Origin: an uncultured Chloroflexia bacterium
GTDB taxonomy: Bacteria; Chloroflexota; Limnocylindria; Limnocylindrales; CSP1-4
Length of the DNA stretch: 64,000 bases
Assembly: GCA_963752475.1 (NCBI GenBank)
Contig: CAVVYR010000007.1
Location: 416,001 to 480,000, forward strand
Direction of reading: 5' to 3'
Shown: positions 57,940 to 64,000 of the stretch, piece by piece
Position numbering within the stretch: the stretch's first letter is position 1
Layout of the letters: each line of letters begins with the position of its first letter
Made by a program: the position numbers and the translations under genes
The notes under the pieces: generated by a model
What the model saw: only the letters and a program-made list of their open reading frames with translations
What the model was told of the DNA's origin: nothing
Databases searched by the model: none

Positions 57940-58707
57940 ATGACCGCCGACTATGAAGCCGCCGCGATCCCCTGGAACAGCCAGACCGAGGACGGTCAGG
58001 TCCTGCTCGGGATGCCTTGGGAGATCTTCGTGCTGGGTTGTGCGCTGATGTCGATCTTCAACCTGGTGCTGGCGATCATCTTGCGCACCGATGACCTGAC
58101 CCAGGTCGTGACCGTCATGGACGGGATCCTGATCATCGTCTTCGCGATCGACTTCGCGCGAAGGATCAGGGTCGCGAACGACGACCGCGCCTATCTGGTG
58201 CAGGGACGTGGGTGGCTCGACCTCGTGAGCATCATCCCGGCGCTGCGCATCGCGCGCATCCTGCGGATCCTGCGCGTGACGCGCATCGTCGGTCGCATGG
58301 GTGGACTCGAACGGGCACTGGTCATCTTCTTTCGGAATCGGGCCACTGGCGGCCTGCTGCTGGTGGTGTTCATCGCCATCCTCGTGCTCGAGTTCGGGAG
58401 CCTGTCGGTCTTGGCGGCCGAGCGCCCGAACCCCGAGGCCAACATCACCACTGCCGGCGACGCCCTCTGGTACACCATCGTGACGATGTCGACGGTCGGC
58501 TATGGCGATCAATACCCGGTGACGCAGCTGGGGCGGGTCTTCGGCGTGCTCATCATCGTCGTGGGTGTGGGCGTGTTCGGCACTCTGACCGGCTTCCTGG
58601 CCAACGCCTTCCTGTCGCCCGCGGACGTGCACGCGGCGGACGCAGAGCTGGAAGCGGAGCCGCAGGCCAGCACCGAGCCAGGCGTCGCCTCCGGCGGCGA
58701 AGCGTGA
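57940..58707 (+). CDS. Voltage-gated-type K+ channel
   Basis: S4 segment RIARILRILRVTRIVGR; filter TVGYGD. Confidence 0.92.
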   Translation: MTADYEAAAIPWNSQTEDGQVLLGMPWEIFVLGCALMSIFNLVLAIILRTDDLTQVVTVMDGILIIVFAIDFARRIRVANDDRAYLVQGRGWLDLVSIIPALRIARILRILRVTRIVGRMGGLERALVIFFRNRATGGLLLVVFIAILVLEFGSLSVLAAERPNPEANITTAGDALWYTIVTMSTVGYGDQYPVTQLGRVFGVLIIVVGVGVFGTLTGFLANAFLSPADVHAADAELEAEPQASTEPGVASGGEA

Positions 58708-58755
58708 GCGGCGGATCTCAACGCCCTGTGCCTGCGACGTGAGGGCAGCGTTTTA

Positions 58756-58767
58756 GAACATCTGGTC
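58756..58767. promoter_or_regulatory. Probable LexA box (one mismatch)
   Basis: GAACATCTGGTC upstream of the uvrA -10 (TAGACT at 58786). Confidence 0.55.
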
Positions 58768-58797
58768 TATGTAGGCAGTCTGCACTAGACTGGTGCC

Positions 58798-61797
<3,000 letters not shown>

Positions 61798-61819
61798 GCC
61801 AATCAGCCAGGAGGTGTCG

Positions 61820-62254
61820 ATGAACACCCGCATGATCCAGATGTCGCGCGTCGTGGATGCGCCGCCCGAGCGCGTGTACCGGGCATGGTCGGACGCCGAG
61901 ACCGTGCGCCAATGGCTGGCGTCGTCCGTCGAGGGCTCTCTCGTGCCCGGGTTGCGATCGTCGCTCATCTTCCCGCGGCACCGCATCGATGTCGATGTGC
62001 TGGAAGCGGATCCCAACTCACGCTTCAAGTTCCGCTGGACACACCCGCTCGACGATGGCATCGCGACCGAGGTCACGGTCGTCATCACGCCGATCGGCTA
62101 CGGCTCGAACGTCTCCCTGAGCGACGGGCCGTACGACGTCAGCGACGAGGCCATCCTCGACGAGTACGCGCGCGCCATCGAGATCTGGGCCGCCGCGCTG
62201 ACGCAGCTACGGGCCTCGGTCGACTACTCGGTCGACCTGCGCAGGGAGCGCTAG
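61820..62254 (+). CDS. SRPBCC/AHSA1-domain protein
   Basis: SRVVDAPPERVYRAWSD...WL; ATG after AGGAGG. Confidence 0.8.
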   Translation: MNTRMIQMSRVVDAPPERVYRAWSDAETVRQWLASSVEGSLVPGLRSSLIFPRHRIDVDVLEADPNSRFKFRWTHPLDDGIATEVTVVITPIGYGSNVSLSDGPYDVSDEAILDEYARAIEIWAAALTQLRASVDYSVDLRRER

Positions 62255-62484
62255 CGGGTCCCGACCAGCACTCGACCGGGCGCGTCGATCGCGTCTCAGC
62301 GTCGAGCCCCACGGTCAGCGTCCAGCCCCACGGTTTCACGCCCGCGCCGGAGGAGCCGAGTGCGCGGGCGTCGAGGAGGAACCGTGTCCCGATGGACTGC
62401 GGCAGACTCAGCCTGGACGGGTGGTGCCTGAGCGCACCATAGGTACTGTTGCGTACGGTCAACGCCCTACCGAGTCGGTCTGGC

Positions 62485-63147
62485 TCAGGCGGCCGCGGCG
62501 GCCTCGTCGAGGATCTCGAGCAGGCTGTCCGGACCGTGGAAGCCCCACTCCTGGGTGAAGACTTCGCCGTTCGCGTCCAGCACGATCAGCGGCGTCGAGG
62601 GTGCCGACAGGATCTGCGGACCGAAGAGGTCGCTGAACTCACGCGACAGCTCGGTCGACGACTTCGCGAACGTCCAGTCGAAACCGTTGCGCTCGGCGTA
62701 CTTGGCCAGAGCTCCGGCGTTCTCGCCAGGGTCGATGCCCAAGCTGATGTAGGTCACACCGGCGTCGGCGATGTCGGCGTAGGCGTCCTTCACGTTGTTC
62801 TGCTGCGCCTTGCAGTTGCTGCACCAGATGGCCATGGGCTCGATGGCCACGACGTCACCGGCAAGGCTGGCCAGGGTGAAGGTCTCGCCGCTCGCGGCGT
62901 CGGTGAGCTCGATGTCGAGGAAGGCCGCCCGCTCGACATCGGCTTCGGCCTCCGCTTCAGCTTCCGGCTCGGCGGCTGCGGTGGCCTCGGGTGCGGCCTC
63001 GGTCACGGCCTCCTGGGTGGCGGCGACGGTCTCCTCCGGCGCCGGCTCGGCCGTCTCGTTGGCGGCGGTCGTGCAGGCGGCGACGATGAAGGGTGCGGCG
63101 ACGAGCACACCCAGCAGGCGGCGGGAAGGCGCGGGGATACGGTTCAC
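62485..63147 (-). CDS. Thioredoxin-like (TlpA/redoxin) lipoprotein
   Basis: Lipobox IVAAC; WCSNC; PSTP. Confidence 0.8.
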   Translation of the reverse strand: MNRIPAPSRRLLGVLVAAPFIVAACTTAANETAEPAPEETVAATQEAVTEAAPEATAAAEPEAEAEAEADVERAAFLDIELTDAASGETFTLASLAGDVVAIEPMAIWCSNCKAQQNNVKDAYADIADAGVTYISLGIDPGENAGALAKYAERNGFDWTFAKSSTELSREFSDLFGPQILSAPSTPLIVLDANGEVFTQEWGFHGPDSLLEILDEAAAAA

Positions 63148-63254
63148 GAACGGGTCTCCTTGGCTGAGGTCGAGGCCCAGCCTACGGCGTCGTCCGTGAC
63201 GGTCCTGTGTCACGGACTCCTGTGAGTGCCGCGGAGTGTGACCATCCGATGACC

Positions 63255-63998
63255 TCAGCGCGCGCCGGCGACCCAGCCGACGAGCTGCTGCCACATGGGC
63301 TCGTAGCCCTCCCATCCCACGAACGGTGGCGGGCACCAGTGCGGTCCGCAATCCGAGGTGAAGGCGGCACCGCGACCGCTGCCGAACGTGCCGGCCACGA
63401 TGAGCGGATCGTCTCCGACGGTCACGACGAGGTCCGCGCCGTCCTTGGGCGAGACCCGGTTGTAGCCGAGCAGGTCGGGCCATGCCGACGGCAAGCCGAC
63501 CACGATGGGATGGTCGGGCTGGCGCACAGCCGGCTTCACCCCCGCGGGTGACTCTGCGCGATCGTCGGTCGTGGCGATGGTCACAGGCAGGGCCTCCTCG
63601 ACGGGCGTGCCCGCCCAGCGCGCCTTGCCTTCGATGCCGGCGAAGGTGAGGTAGCCGCCGACCATGAGGAGACCGCCGCCGGCCTCGACGTACTCGGCGA
63701 TGGCGGCGATCCGATCGGGGCGTGGGGCCGAGCGCGCGAACGTCTCCGGATGCAACAGCAGCGTGTTGGCCCCGATGTCGCTGAGGACCACCGCGGCGTA
63801 GTCAGCCAGGGCCGCGGCCGTGTCGGGGAAGTCCGTGGCTGCGACATGGTTGGGTAGGTATACGACCTCGAAGCCGCCAGCTTCGAGCGCGGCACTCAGG
63901 GGACCGACGCCCTCCTCGTACGCGGTGGTGGTGAAGGAGTCGAAGCCCTTCTGGTGGATGCTGTGCGTGACCCAGGATTCGCCTGCGATGAGGACGCG
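63255..63998 (-). CDS. Class I glutamine amidotransferase-like (DUF1355-type) protein, start outside window
   Basis: RVLIAGESW...KGFDSF...LSDIGANTLL...GGGLLMVGGYLTF...SDCGPHW. Confidence 0.85.
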   Translation of the reverse strand, partial: RVLIAGESWVTHSIHQKGFDSFTTTAYEEGVGPLSAALEAGGFEVVYLPNHVAATDFPDTAAALADYAAVVLSDIGANTLLLHPETFARSAPRPDRIAAIAEYVEAGGGLLMVGGYLTFAGIEGKARWAGTPVEEALPVTIATTDDRAESPAGVKPAVRQPDHPIVVGLPSAWPDLLGYNRVSPKDGADLVVTVGDDPLIVAGTFGSGRGAAFTSDCGPHWCPPPFVGWEGYEPMWQQLVGWVAGAR

Positions 63999-64000
63999 CT

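Overview
High-GC bacterial chromosomal window. Gene content and style suggest a monoderm, possibly Chloroflexota/Limnocylindria-like (inference only). Clustered single-base indels suggest uncorrected long-read errors. Left: a nucleoside-type ABC transporter operon and an M14 carboxypeptidase. At 6.4-28.2 kb lies the most unusual region, a cell-surface locus. It holds two tandemly duplicated giant Ig-repeat surface proteins with different repeat arrays, a sortase-fold gene whose catalytic Cys position reads Ser (LQTS), a REC-HD-GYP protein and an acyltransferase. It also holds an inverted S8 protease-GH25 muramidase fusion gene that shares a near-identical ~520-bp N-terminal module with both surface-protein genes. 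The rest is mostly housekeeping: dnaE, META proteins, P-type ATPase, RibD-like reductase, AAC(3)-like fusion, tRNA-Leu(CAA), corA, ECF sigma/anti-sigma, polA-mutM-ABC-F-coaE, orphan cpaB, uvrB, MFS, K+ channel, uvrA and others. Notable non-coding signals are a ~225-bp palindromic element present twice with gap-free fixed spacing of conserved blocks, a synonymous duplicate of the dnaE 3' end, a degenerate att-like copy of the tRNA 3' end, LexA-type boxes and many apparently leaderless genes. All product calls come from motif recognition by eye; no database searches were run.
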